The notes: generated by a model not told the origin, from the letters alone. DNA of 64,000 nt from Candidatus Falkowbacteria bacterium HGW-Falkowbacteria-1 (GCA_002840305.1 PHAI01000002.1:266707-330706), one strand, 5' to 3'; shown: positions 19,351-27,443, counted from the first letter of the stretch. Numbers and translations: made by a program.

Positions 19351-19484
19351 GAAACTTGCGAGAGCACAAAAGCAAACCCGTTATCACGATCCCACCTACT
19401 GCCAGAATTGTCATAGTTCGTATTCAGCCAGGAACCACTGCCATCGCGATTAGCGTTGAGCAATAAAGGATCGCCGTCAGAATT
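19351..19484 (-). repeat. DGR template repeat (TR)
   Basis: It is 134 nt and aligns without gaps to 19833-19966. It contains 28 adenines in the minus-strand sense. In frame it encodes NSDGDPLLLNANRDGSGSWLNTNYDNSGSRWDRDNGFAFVLSQV, which is AAY-rich. Confidence 0.9.
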
Positions 19485-19725
19485 ATGCAAAACACCGCCT
19501 ATTACACCGCCCTTTGAATACTCAAACAGGCTGAATATTATTCGGCATCATAATGCCATAGTGTTTTGCACCAAGTTTCGTTATATAGCATCAATATTTC
19601 ACTCTACCTACAGCCTTGGCCGAAGATATTCTCAAAATAATAACGCTCATCACAGTGGCCACCAACCTTGATCAATGACATATTCACTTTGACTGATTCT
19701 ATTTTAACATATTTACAAAATTTAT

Positions 19726-19764
19726 AAAAAAATAGCCTCGGCTTGCTTATGCAATCCGAGGCTA
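19726..19764 (-). terminator. Intrinsic terminator of the DGR target gene
   Basis: tagcctcgg (19733-19741) pairs with ccgaggcta (19756-19764), with an inner ttgc/gcaa pairing. On the minus strand a T7 run follows (A-run 19726-19732 on plus). Confidence 0.7.
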
Positions 19765-19765
19765 A

Positions 19766-19830
19766 AAATCAAAGGGCTAAAGGCCAAGACCTAAAGACTC
19801 AAAGAGTCAAAAAATCAAAAGACTAAGAAC
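19766..19830. repeat. Degenerate ~8-nt periodic repeat array
   Basis: The plus strand reads ggctaaag gccaagac ctaaagac tcaaagag tcaaaaaa tcaaaaga ctaagaac. It lies between the terminator hairpin and the target stop codon. Confidence 0.4.
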
Positions 19831-20443
19831 CCGAAACTTGCGAGAGCACAAAAGCAAACCCGCCACCACGAACCCACCTACTGCCAGAACCGCCACAGTC
19901 CGCATCCAGCCAGGAACCACTGCCATCGCGACCAGCGCTGAGCAATAAAGGATCGCCGTCAGAATCCTTAATAGGTTCGTGCATAACAACAATCCAATAT
20001 AAGCCCATAGCTTCAAGTTCTTTATCAGAGAATTTCTCCCTAAAAAGACAGGCCGCTTCGGCATTTGGTGTGGAAAGTTTGCGATTTTTAGCTTCTTTGC
20101 GGATGTTTTTAGTTATCCTATCGTTGTCGCTAAAAATCTCTCCCTTAAGGACAGCAATTTCATAAGTTACACCATTTGTTGGTTTAAAACTTTTTGAGCA
20201 TAAAATGCTCTTTGCATAATCACTGACGCGGAAGTCTTTACTTTCTAAACGTATAATCCACTGTTCGCCGGTTGCACCATCACTGGTAAGCGAAAAATAA
20301 ATTATACCATTTTCTTCACGCCATTTTTTTTCTGGCTCACTAACCAATGTTTCACCTCGTAAGAAACGAAGGGCACTTTCCATACCACCAAGTTTATTCA
20401 CAATGGCCTCAATTTGTCCTAAATTCAATTCTCCGTATTTCAT
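19823..20443 (-). CDS. DGR variable (target) protein, with a C-terminal CLec-like variable region and no signal peptide
   Basis: 206 aa. The C-terminus DSDGDPLLLSAGRDGSGSWLDADCGGSGSRWVRGGGFAFVLSQVSGS is encoded by the VR. The N-terminus MKYGELNLGQIEAIVNKLGG is hydrophilic. Confidence 0.85.
   Translation of the reverse strand: MKYGELNLGQIEAIVNKLGGMESALRFLRGETLVSEPEKKWREENGIIYFSLTSDGATGEQWIIRLESKDFRVSDYAKSILCSKSFKPTNGVTYEIAVLKGEIFSDNDRITKNIRKEAKNRKLSTPNAEAACLFREKFSDKELEAMGLYWIVVMHEPIKDSDGDPLLLSAGRDGSGSWLDADCGGSGSRWVRGGGFAFVLSQVSGS
19833..19966 (-). repeat. DGR variable repeat (VR)
   Basis: It has 15 mismatches to TR, and every one is at a TR adenine (14 A->G, 1 A->T). They affect 12 codons. 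The 3'-most 30 nt (19833-19862) are identical to TR. Confidence 0.9.
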
Positions 20444-20594
20444 AACAATAAGTATTTGCAGACTGTTTGTCTGTGTTTCTGCTGTCCGCAGTGGGAACTA
20501 TAACTATTATTAATTACAGCTAAAAAATAACTAAAAACATAATTATCTCTTAGCTGTAACTAATTTTTTGAGCTTTTCAAGGTACTAACTGCAT

Positions 20595-20623
20595 ATTATA
20601 TCATATTTGAAATATTTTGTCAA
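20595..20623 (-). promoter_or_regulatory. Consensus sigma70 promoter of the DGR target gene
   Basis: On the minus strand: cTATTGACA, a 17-nt spacer, then TATAAT (tgtcaa at 20618-20623, attata at 20595-20600). It predicts a leader of about 145 nt. Confidence 0.6.
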
Positions 20624-20629
20624 TAGCAA

Positions 20630-20655
20630 CAAAAAAACCAAGCTTGAAACTTGGT
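20630..20655 (-). terminator. Terminator of the ABC efflux operon
   Basis: Stem accaag / cttggt (20637-20642 / 20650-20655), followed by T7 on the minus strand. Confidence 0.55.
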
Positions 20656-20683
20656 GAGGAATATAGTAAATTTAACAATAAAA

Positions 20684-21946
20684 TTACTCCTTTCTCAAGG
20701 CATCAACTGGATTGAGTTTAGCTGCTTTTCTGGCCGGAAATATTCCAAAAATAATACCAAAAACAATAGCAAATACAATGGAAACAATAAAAGCTTTTAA
20801 TGGTAAAACTAGTTTCCAATCAAGACCAAAATAATTAGCCCCTAAATAAATTAAAAAAGAAAAAGCTACCCCCAAGATCATCCCTAAAAAAGCACCTATA
20901 AGGGTTATGAGAACCGATTCTGTCAAAAATTGCCTCATAATATCATCAAATTTTGCGCCGACCGCCTTTCTCAGCCCTATTTCGGGTGTTCTTTCGGAAA
21001 CTATGACATACATAACATTTAAAATTCCTACACCACCCACGAGCAAGGATATGGCAACAATTAAAAGCAGTAATATCGTTAATCCATCAGTTATGGTTTT
21101 GCTGGTATCTAACATTTCTTTCATGGTGGTGACTCTAAAATCATCTTTATCGGCATCTGAAATATTGTGATTATCTCTTAAAATATCAGTCATTATTTGT
21201 GCTGTTTCTTCCGCCATATTAGGGTTTTCTACCTGATGTACCATATACATATAATAATCTGTCCCCAGTATCTTCTTTTGCAAAGTTTTTATTGGTAAAA
21301 TTATTGCATCATCAAAACTAAATCCCATATTAGCACCTTTCTTTTTTAAAACTCCAACTACCTTATATTTACTCTTTTTAATAGTAATAATTTTATTTAT
21401 AGGATCCTGATCTTTAAAAATATCTTCGGCGGCATTACTACCCAAAACAACAACTTGAGATAAAGATTTGTCATCATCATCACTAAAAAAATACCCACTG
21501 GCGATTTCCGATTTATCAATTTCTATATAACTAGCACTAACCCCAAAAAGAAATCTTCCCTTAGACTCATTAGCGTAAGAAACCGTTTCTTGCCCCAAAA
21601 CAGCACCGTAGCCATCAATTACATTAGGGATTTTTTTTAAGTCCTCCAAGTCTCTTTCTTTCATGCTGGTTATTTGGGCGCCTCCCGCAACCGCCCTGGC
21701 GCTTTCCGTTTCAGCCTGCATTCCGGTTTTAGTATTTGGCACCCTTATCTCAGTTTGAACAATATTTGTACCAAAAGATTCTATTTGACCGATAATTAAA
21801 CTTCTTATTCCTTCTCCGGCTGAAAAAACAATTACAATGCTAGCTATACCAATAAGCATGCCCAAAACAGTGAGACCAGTTCTCATCTTGTTTTTAAGCA
21901 TCAACTTCAATGATAGTTTTGCAACTTCTATTATTCTCATAAACAA
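20684..21946 (-). CDS. ABC transporter permease, MacB/FtsX type
   Basis: N-terminal TM segment, a large extracytoplasmic domain and a C-terminal FtsX-like 3-TM module. It ends ARKAAKLNPVDALRKE. Confidence 0.85.
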   Translation of the reverse strand: MFMRIIEVAKLSLKLMLKNKMRTGLTVLGMLIGIASIVIVFSAGEGIRSLIIGQIESFGTNIVQTEIRVPNTKTGMQAETESARAVAGGAQITSMKERDLEDLKKIPNVIDGYGAVLGQETVSYANESKGRFLFGVSASYIEIDKSEIASGYFFSDDDDKSLSQVVVLGSNAAEDIFKDQDPINKIITIKKSKYKVVGVLKKKGANMGFSFDDAIILPIKTLQKKILGTDYYMYMVHQVENPNMAEETAQIMTDILRDNHNISDADKDDFRVTTMKEMLDTSKTITDGLTILLLLIVAISLLVGGVGILNVMYVIVSERTPEIGLRKAVGAKFDDIMRQFLTESVLITLIGAFLGMILGVAFSFLIYLGANYFGLDWKLVLPLKAFIVSIVFAIVFGIIFGIFPARKAAKLNPVDALRKE

Positions 21947-21956
21947 TAAAATCTAA

Positions 21957-23213
21957 TTACTCATAACTGAGAGCTTCAACCGGTTCTAATTTACTAGCTT
22001 TTTTGGCTGGATAAATACCAAAGATTAAACCAATCAAGGCCGAGACTGAAACTGCTAAAAATATTGAAAAAAAACTGACTTTGAAGCTCCAACTATAACC
22101 CAAATAAACAACAATGAGGGAAATAATCCAAGACAAAATAATTCCCAAAATTATACCAATTATTCCTCCTATTAAAGTTAAAAAGACTGCCTCCATTAAA
22201 AACTGTGTGGTTACGTTTTTATTTGATGCTCCTAATGCTTTTCTAAGACCAATTTCTCTAGTCCTCTCATTTACACTAATAAGCATAATATTCATAATCC
22301 CTACGCCACCAACAACAAGAGACAAGCTTGCCATCATAGCCAAAAAATAACGAAGAGCATCCGTTACCGTCCTCATTAAGTCCAAAAGTTCAGCGGCGGT
22401 TCTAACGGTAAAGTCGTCGCTGTCACCACTCTGATCACTTATACCATGACTATCTCTCAAAAAAATCTCTATTTCAGAAACAGCTTGATTAATATCAACC
22501 GATTCTTCTGTTTTAATGACCAACTTATTGAAATAATTTATAGCTAATATACTTTTTTGTACCGTTTTAGCTGGCAAAAAAATCATATCATCAACATTTT
22601 GGAAAAGAACTTGCCCTCTCTCTTCTATAACTCCAATAACCTCAAATATCCGATTTTTTAATTTAATTTTTTCTCCAATTGGATTTGTTTCTCCAAACAA
22701 TTCTTGTTTAACAGTATATCCAAGAACTACCACTTTGCTCAAATTATTGTCCTCTTCTCTGCTAAAGAATCTACCGCTTTCTAGGGAAGTCTTATTTAAA
22801 TCCAAATAAGAACTGCTAACGCCCTCCATATTAACTCCATAAGAATTTCCTCGCCAAGAAGCAATAGCAGAACTGGTAATTGAAGCAGACAAATATGAGA
22901 TACCAATTAGTTCTTGGTTACTTTCTAAAAGTTTTAGATCATTATCATCTAAAGATGTTACTACTATGCCCATGACAGATGTCGGTGGGCCACTATCATC
23001 TGACTTGCCAGGAGTAACAGCTATAAGATTGGTTCCAATGCCCTCTATCTGCCCCAGAATTAAACTCTGAGCTCCAGCACCAACAGATATTATTACAATA
23101 ACAGAAGCCACACCAATAATAATACCAAGCATAGTCAAAAAACTCCTGGCCTTATTGCTAGTCAAAGATCTTATCGATGTTTTAAATATTTGTTTTATAG
23201 AAAGAAAAATCAT
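21957..23213 (-). CDS. ABC transporter permease, MacB/FtsX type (second copy)
   Basis: Same architecture as the first copy. It ends AKKASKLEPVEALSYE. Confidence 0.85.
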   Translation of the reverse strand: MIFLSIKQIFKTSIRSLTSNKARSFLTMLGIIIGVASVIVIISVGAGAQSLILGQIEGIGTNLIAVTPGKSDDSGPPTSVMGIVVTSLDDNDLKLLESNQELIGISYLSASITSSAIASWRGNSYGVNMEGVSSSYLDLNKTSLESGRFFSREEDNNLSKVVVLGYTVKQELFGETNPIGEKIKLKNRIFEVIGVIEERGQVLFQNVDDMIFLPAKTVQKSILAINYFNKLVIKTEESVDINQAVSEIEIFLRDSHGISDQSGDSDDFTVRTAAELLDLMRTVTDALRYFLAMMASLSLVVGGVGIMNIMLISVNERTREIGLRKALGASNKNVTTQFLMEAVFLTLIGGIIGIILGIILSWIISLIVVYLGYSWSFKVSFFSIFLAVSVSALIGLIFGIYPAKKASKLEPVEALSYE

Positions 23214-23259
23214 AAAAGAAAAAATAAGTCATCTGTGCGGATATTAAAAGACTCAAAGA

Positions 23260-23973
23260 CTACTTCAAGGTCTCTCCGTTTGCTGCAAAACGTCTATTCT
23301 TTATATTCTCATCACTAACGATTATGCCATCTTTTATTCTAATAATTCTTTTGGCGTGTTCAGCAGTAAAAGTCTCGTGAGTTACTAAAATTATAGTATT
23401 GCCGGCATCGTTTAATTTTTGCAAAATCTCCATAACCTGAATACCAGATTTAGAATCTAAATTACCAGTTGGTTCGTCGGCGAATATAACAGAAGGCTTA
23501 TTAACCAAGGCCCTAGCAATGGCTACTCTTTGTTTTTCTCCTCCAGAAATTTGATTAGTATAATAATCAAGTCTATGACCGAGACCAACACTACGTAAAA
23601 CGTCACTCGCTCTTTCCTTCATATTTCTTTTATTATCGGAATAAGTAAGTGGTAAAATAACGTTATCCAAAACTGTTGTTTTAGGAAGTAGATTAAATGC
23701 TTGGAAAACAAAACCTATTTTTTTATTACGTAAGTCGGCCAACTTATCATCAGAAAGAGACGAAACATCCTTGTCTTCTAGTTTATAGATACCAGAGCTA
23801 GACCTATCTAAAAGCCCCAAAATATGCATCAGAGTTGATTTACCGGATCCAGACGGCCCCATAATAGAAACAAACTCTCCGAAATCAATATTAAAAGAAA
23901 CGCCATGGAGAACTTTGGTTGCTAATTCACCAGAACCATATTCTTTTTTTAAATTTTCAACCCTAATTAACAT
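23260..23973 (-). CDS. ABC transporter ATP-binding protein (MacB/LolD-like)
   Basis: Walker A GPSGSGKST, signature LSGGEKQRVAIARAL and Walker B VIFADEPTGNLD. Confidence 0.9.
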   Translation of the reverse strand: MLIRVENLKKEYGSGELATKVLHGVSFNIDFGEFVSIMGPSGSGKSTLMHILGLLDRSSSGIYKLEDKDVSSLSDDKLADLRNKKIGFVFQAFNLLPKTTVLDNVILPLTYSDNKRNMKERASDVLRSVGLGHRLDYYTNQISGGEKQRVAIARALVNKPSVIFADEPTGNLDSKSGIQVMEILQKLNDAGNTIILVTHETFTAEHAKRIIRIKDGIIVSDENIKNRRFAANGETLK

Positions 23974-23984
23974 AATCTTGTATT

Positions 23985-25898
23985 TTAATTGCCATTTTTA
24001 ATAGCAGTAATTATTTTATCACCCTCTTTTATGTCGCCAGAAATTATTTCATACATAGCCTGGTCACCACCCATACCAACTTCAACCTCAACTTCATTAA
24101 TCTTGGAACCACTTAAAACTCTTACAATTTTTTTGCCATCATCTTTTTCTATTATAGCTCTAAAAGGAACAGAAAAGACATCATTTTTTTCATTACTAGT
24201 AATAACAACATTAGCGGTCATACCAGCCTTAACTATTAAGTTGTTTTTTATTAATTCGTCTTCAGAAAAAACAACTTTAGTTTTATAGTAAATAATGTCG
24301 GAAATGGAAGTAGCGGCCGGCTCAATAAAATATACCTTACCAGAGACTTTGTTGTCAGAATTAAAAGCATCAAAACTTATTTCTGCTTCGTTACCAATTT
24401 TTATCTTAGAAATATCTGATTCGGAAATGAATAGTTCTACTTCGAAATCATTTTCAGTAAGCAAAACCATAAAAGGAACGCTATTTAAAACCTGTTCGCC
24501 TATTTCGTAATTTATTTTAACTACTTTACCGCTAATTGGTGCTTGCAACTTATTTTCTTCTATTTGTTTGTTTATAGCATCTAACGATGAGCTCGCCTGA
24601 TCAACTTGCGCCTGAACTAATTTAAGATCCTCGCTCCTAGCTGGTGATTTTAACTTATCTAGCTGTAGTTTATAAACTTCATAAGACTTTGAAGCTGAGT
24701 CAAACTTTGAATTAGCAAGAATCAACTGCTGATTACTACTAATTTTAAGCAAGGCAAAACTATCCTCTGCCGCCGAAATAGCGTCCGACAAAGCAATCTC
24801 GGCTTTGTAAACAGCGTCTTGAGCATTAGAAAAATTAATATCCTTGTTTAATATAGAGCTGTTTAAAGCAGATAAAGAATTTAAATTGGAACTAATGGCC
24901 GCATTGACCAAGCTAGTATGCGAACTAACGGAAGACTTAAAACTATCAAGAGATGCTTGCGGAAAAGATGATGAAATTATTGAATTCTCCAAAGCATTAA
25001 AGCAACTGTTTAGAGTCTTAAAAGCTTGACTCAAAAAACTAGACATACTACTAGCGGCTTGATTAGCTAAATTTTTTTCATAACTAACCCTTAAAAGTGC
25101 CAAGTCTAATTCAAGGCCAGAAACCATAGAAACTGCTAAATCATAATTCTTGCTTGTTTCATCCTTATAATAAGAATTTTTAACACTAAAAACCTCCTTT
25201 ACATCTTCATCGTCAACAATTCTCTTCACAGCGTCCAGGGCCGACTTACCAACCGTCAAATTATAGTCCAAAGAACTAACCAAAGAATTATAAGAATTAT
25301 TTACATTCTGTAAGCCAGTTTTTTCAGTATTAGATAAATTCAATCTAGCAGAATCAACTGCCTGTTTTATAGATAGTGGGTTTTCACTATTTGAAGATTT
25401 TAAATCACTCAAATTTTTTTCAGCTTGAGACAAGTTTTCACTAACAATTTTTTCACTTTGGTCTAGGTCTTTCTTGGCCGACTCATAAGCAAGCTTAGCT
25501 TGAGAAACCTGAGCTTCTAAAATTCTAACCTCCTCTATTGAAGCCCCCTTTACAAGTTTTTCTCTATTAGCGCTAGCTATATTTAAAGAAGCTAAGACTT
25601 CATCTTTTTTGATTAATAAGGAAGAATAATCAAGTTCTGCCAATATCTGACCACTATCAACCTCATCACCTATTGAAACATTTAGATTATTTAATCTTCC
25701 TGCTTGCATAAAATTCAAGTTTAACTCCTTGCTAGCACGAACAGCCCCAACCTCACTAACAGTTTGCACTAATTTCTGTTTTTTTAAATCAATAGTTACG
25801 TATTCGGTTTTATCCTTTTTCGATAAAACAAAAAATAAAACCACTAACAAAAAAGCGGCAATAGAAAATATTATAATAATTTTTTTCCTTTTCTTCAT
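23985..25898 (-). CDS. HlyD/MacA-like periplasmic adaptor with an unusually long Ser/Ala-rich coiled coil
   Basis: N-terminal TM segment, a lipoyl-like region (GQILAELD .. APISGKV) split by about 350 aa of coiled coil, and a C-terminal beta-barrel region. 637 aa. Confidence 0.7.
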   Translation of the reverse strand: MKKRKKIIIIFSIAAFLLVVLFFVLSKKDKTEYVTIDLKKQKLVQTVSEVGAVRASKELNLNFMQAGRLNNLNVSIGDEVDSGQILAELDYSSLLIKKDEVLASLNIASANREKLVKGASIEEVRILEAQVSQAKLAYESAKKDLDQSEKIVSENLSQAEKNLSDLKSSNSENPLSIKQAVDSARLNLSNTEKTGLQNVNNSYNSLVSSLDYNLTVGKSALDAVKRIVDDEDVKEVFSVKNSYYKDETSKNYDLAVSMVSGLELDLALLRVSYEKNLANQAASSMSSFLSQAFKTLNSCFNALENSIISSSFPQASLDSFKSSVSSHTSLVNAAISSNLNSLSALNSSILNKDINFSNAQDAVYKAEIALSDAISAAEDSFALLKISSNQQLILANSKFDSASKSYEVYKLQLDKLKSPARSEDLKLVQAQVDQASSSLDAINKQIEENKLQAPISGKVVKINYEIGEQVLNSVPFMVLLTENDFEVELFISESDISKIKIGNEAEISFDAFNSDNKVSGKVYFIEPAATSISDIIYYKTKVVFSEDELIKNNLIVKAGMTANVVITSNEKNDVFSVPFRAIIEKDDGKKIVRVLSGSKINEVEVEVGMGGDQAMYEIISGDIKEGDKIITAIKNGN

Positions 25899-25931
25899 AA
25901 AATATAAATAAAAAAATATAAAATATCAAAA

Positions 25932-26381
25932 CTAATCCATGATCAACAAATCTTCTGTCTCTTCATCATCTTTTTCATCATCTGCTGATAGAGATTCTCT
26001 TCTCATAACTCTCATTACCTTCCCAGAAAAAACATAAATATCAAATTCGTTTTTCATAAAATAGTAGTTGGCTCCCAATCCAACGCCCCTTGCCCTACCA
26101 TCTTCATCGCTTAAATCGGTAAAAATAAATATTTCGGCATTACTTATCTCTGAGTCAGATTTTATTCTTCTTATCAATTCTTGACCATCTATTTCTGGGA
26201 GAACCATATCTAAAATGATCGAATCTGGTTTAAACTTTCTAATTTTGCTTATCAATTCTTCAAGATCCTCCTTGGAATCACTAATATCAAGTTCAAAATC
26301 ATTGGAGGCAAAAATATCTCTCAAACCATACAAAATGTTCAAATCATCTTCAATTATAAATATTTTGTTTAAATTTTTCAT
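25932..26381 (-). CDS. Receiver-only response regulator with an acidic tail
   Basis: IFIIEDD, PDSIILDMVLPEIDG (phospho-acceptor Asp region) and a C-terminus DDEKDDEETEDLLIMD. I chose the start at MKNLNK. Confidence 0.7.
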   Translation of the reverse strand: MKNLNKIFIIEDDLNILYGLRDIFASNDFELDISDSKEDLEELISKIRKFKPDSIILDMVLPEIDGQELIRRIKSDSEISNAEIFIFTDLSDEDGRARGVGLGANYYFMKNEFDIYVFSGKVMRVMRRESLSADDEKDDEETEDLLIMD

Positions 26382-26459
26382 AATTTTATTCGCTTCGCCA
26401 TAACTATGTAAACACAAAATGTTTTCACATGGGCGAAGACTAAGAATTAAAAATAAAGC

Positions 26460-27443
26460 TTATTTCAATAAATTATTAATATTAAGTAGTCCATTTTGAG
26501 CACCATAAGAAGAAATAACCGAAGCTGCGTTTTTGGCTGCCAAGTTCATTGCTTTTTTATAGTCACCTTCAAACAATATAAAAAAGGCTGAAAAAGTAGA
26601 ATTAAAAGCATCTCCAACACCAGTAGTGTCAAGATGTTTTTTTTCTCTTACTACTTTCTGATGATAAAAATTTGAACCATCAAAAAAATAAGCCCCTTCC
26701 AAGCCATCGGTTATTACTAAATTTTTTGGCCCCAAACCTTTTATAAGTTTCAATAAATTATCAATATTACTCAAATATTTATTATTGTACTTTTTAAATC
26801 CTTTAGATTTCCTCACCAACTCCAAGGCTTCGTCTCTGTTCAACATTAAAATCTCAGTTTTATTAATAAACTTAGCAATTCTATCGGAACCATGAGATAT
26901 TTCTTGCAATCCAGGGTTCCAATAAACCTTTTTGTCCAAAGAAAACACCTTATTCAAGAACTTCAACCAATTTTTAGGCAAAGAAGTCAGATAAATTCTA
27001 TCGGTATTTTTTAATTTCTCAGTTTTTTTATTATCTATAGTTAGATTATCGTTAGATCCTCGATAAGTAAAAATTATTCTATCTTTTCCATTATTTAAGA
27101 CAAAAGAAAAACCTGAACCAATTTTTTTATCGATACTCAGCAAAGAATTATCAACCTTATTTTTTTTAAAATTTTCCAATATTTTAAGGCCCCTGTCATC
27201 GTCACCAAGGTTAACCATGCTTGCAACATTGAAACACAAATTAGATAAATTAACGGCCACATTAGCAGCTCCACCACCAAAAAGATTAAAAGATTTCTCG
27301 ACCTTAATCTTGGCCCCCTGTTCAAAAGCTAAAAGTTCTTGCTTCAAAAGGTCTTTTTTGTTTTTTAAAAGCACCCCATCTTTTGTATAGAAAACAATGT
27401 CTTCGGTCGCACCACCAATTGTAATAAAATCAAATTTTTTCAT
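26460..27443 (-). CDS. PfkB-family carbohydrate kinase
   Basis: GGGAANVAV and DTTGVGDAFNS motifs. Confidence 0.8.
   Translation of the reverse strand: MKKFDFITIGGATEDIVFYTKDGVLLKNKKDLLKQELLAFEQGAKIKVEKSFNLFGGGAANVAVNLSNLCFNVASMVNLGDDDRGLKILENFKKNKVDNSLLSIDKKIGSGFSFVLNNGKDRIIFTYRGSNDNLTIDNKKTEKLKNTDRIYLTSLPKNWLKFLNKVFSLDKKVYWNPGLQEISHGSDRIAKFINKTEILMLNRDEALELVRKSKGFKKYNNKYLSNIDNLLKLIKGLGPKNLVITDGLEGAYFFDGSNFYHQKVVREKKHLDTTGVGDAFNSTFSAFFILFEGDYKKAMNLAAKNAASVISSYGAQNGLLNINNLLK

Larger units (their letters stand above)
17928..20443 (-). mobile_element. Diversity-generating retroelement cassette (RT, inverted avd, TR, target gene with VR)
   Basis: See the component features. The TR/VR pair carries adenine-only substitutions next to an RT with DGR-type motifs. 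Confidence 0.9.

Noticed and set aside
19155-19490. 111-aa minus-strand ORF (MHNSDGDPLLLNANRDGSGSWLNTNYDNSGSRWDRDNGFAFVLSQVSKKLL...) that looks like a paralog of the DGR target C-terminus
   Set aside because: It is the template repeat read in the target's frame, starting from a TTG. Past the TR boundary (19351) it continues antisense through avd as low-complexity hydrophobic sequence. The Asn-rich (AAY) content is what a TR is expected to look like, so it is not an expressed protein.
19456-20064. ORFs 19456..19671 (+) and 19807..20064 (-) in the TR-VR spacer and across the VR
   Set aside because: They are alternative-frame or antisense shadows of the TR, VR and target gene. They show no motifs, and the 85-aa ORF overlaps the target gene out of frame.
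19791-23253. A shared 13-mer aaagactcaaaga near the DGR target 3' end (about 19792) and upstream of the ABC ATPase gene (about 23239)
   Set aside because: In an AT-rich 64-kb window, many 13-mer coincidences are expected by chance (a rough estimate gives hundreds). No extended homology surrounds either copy.
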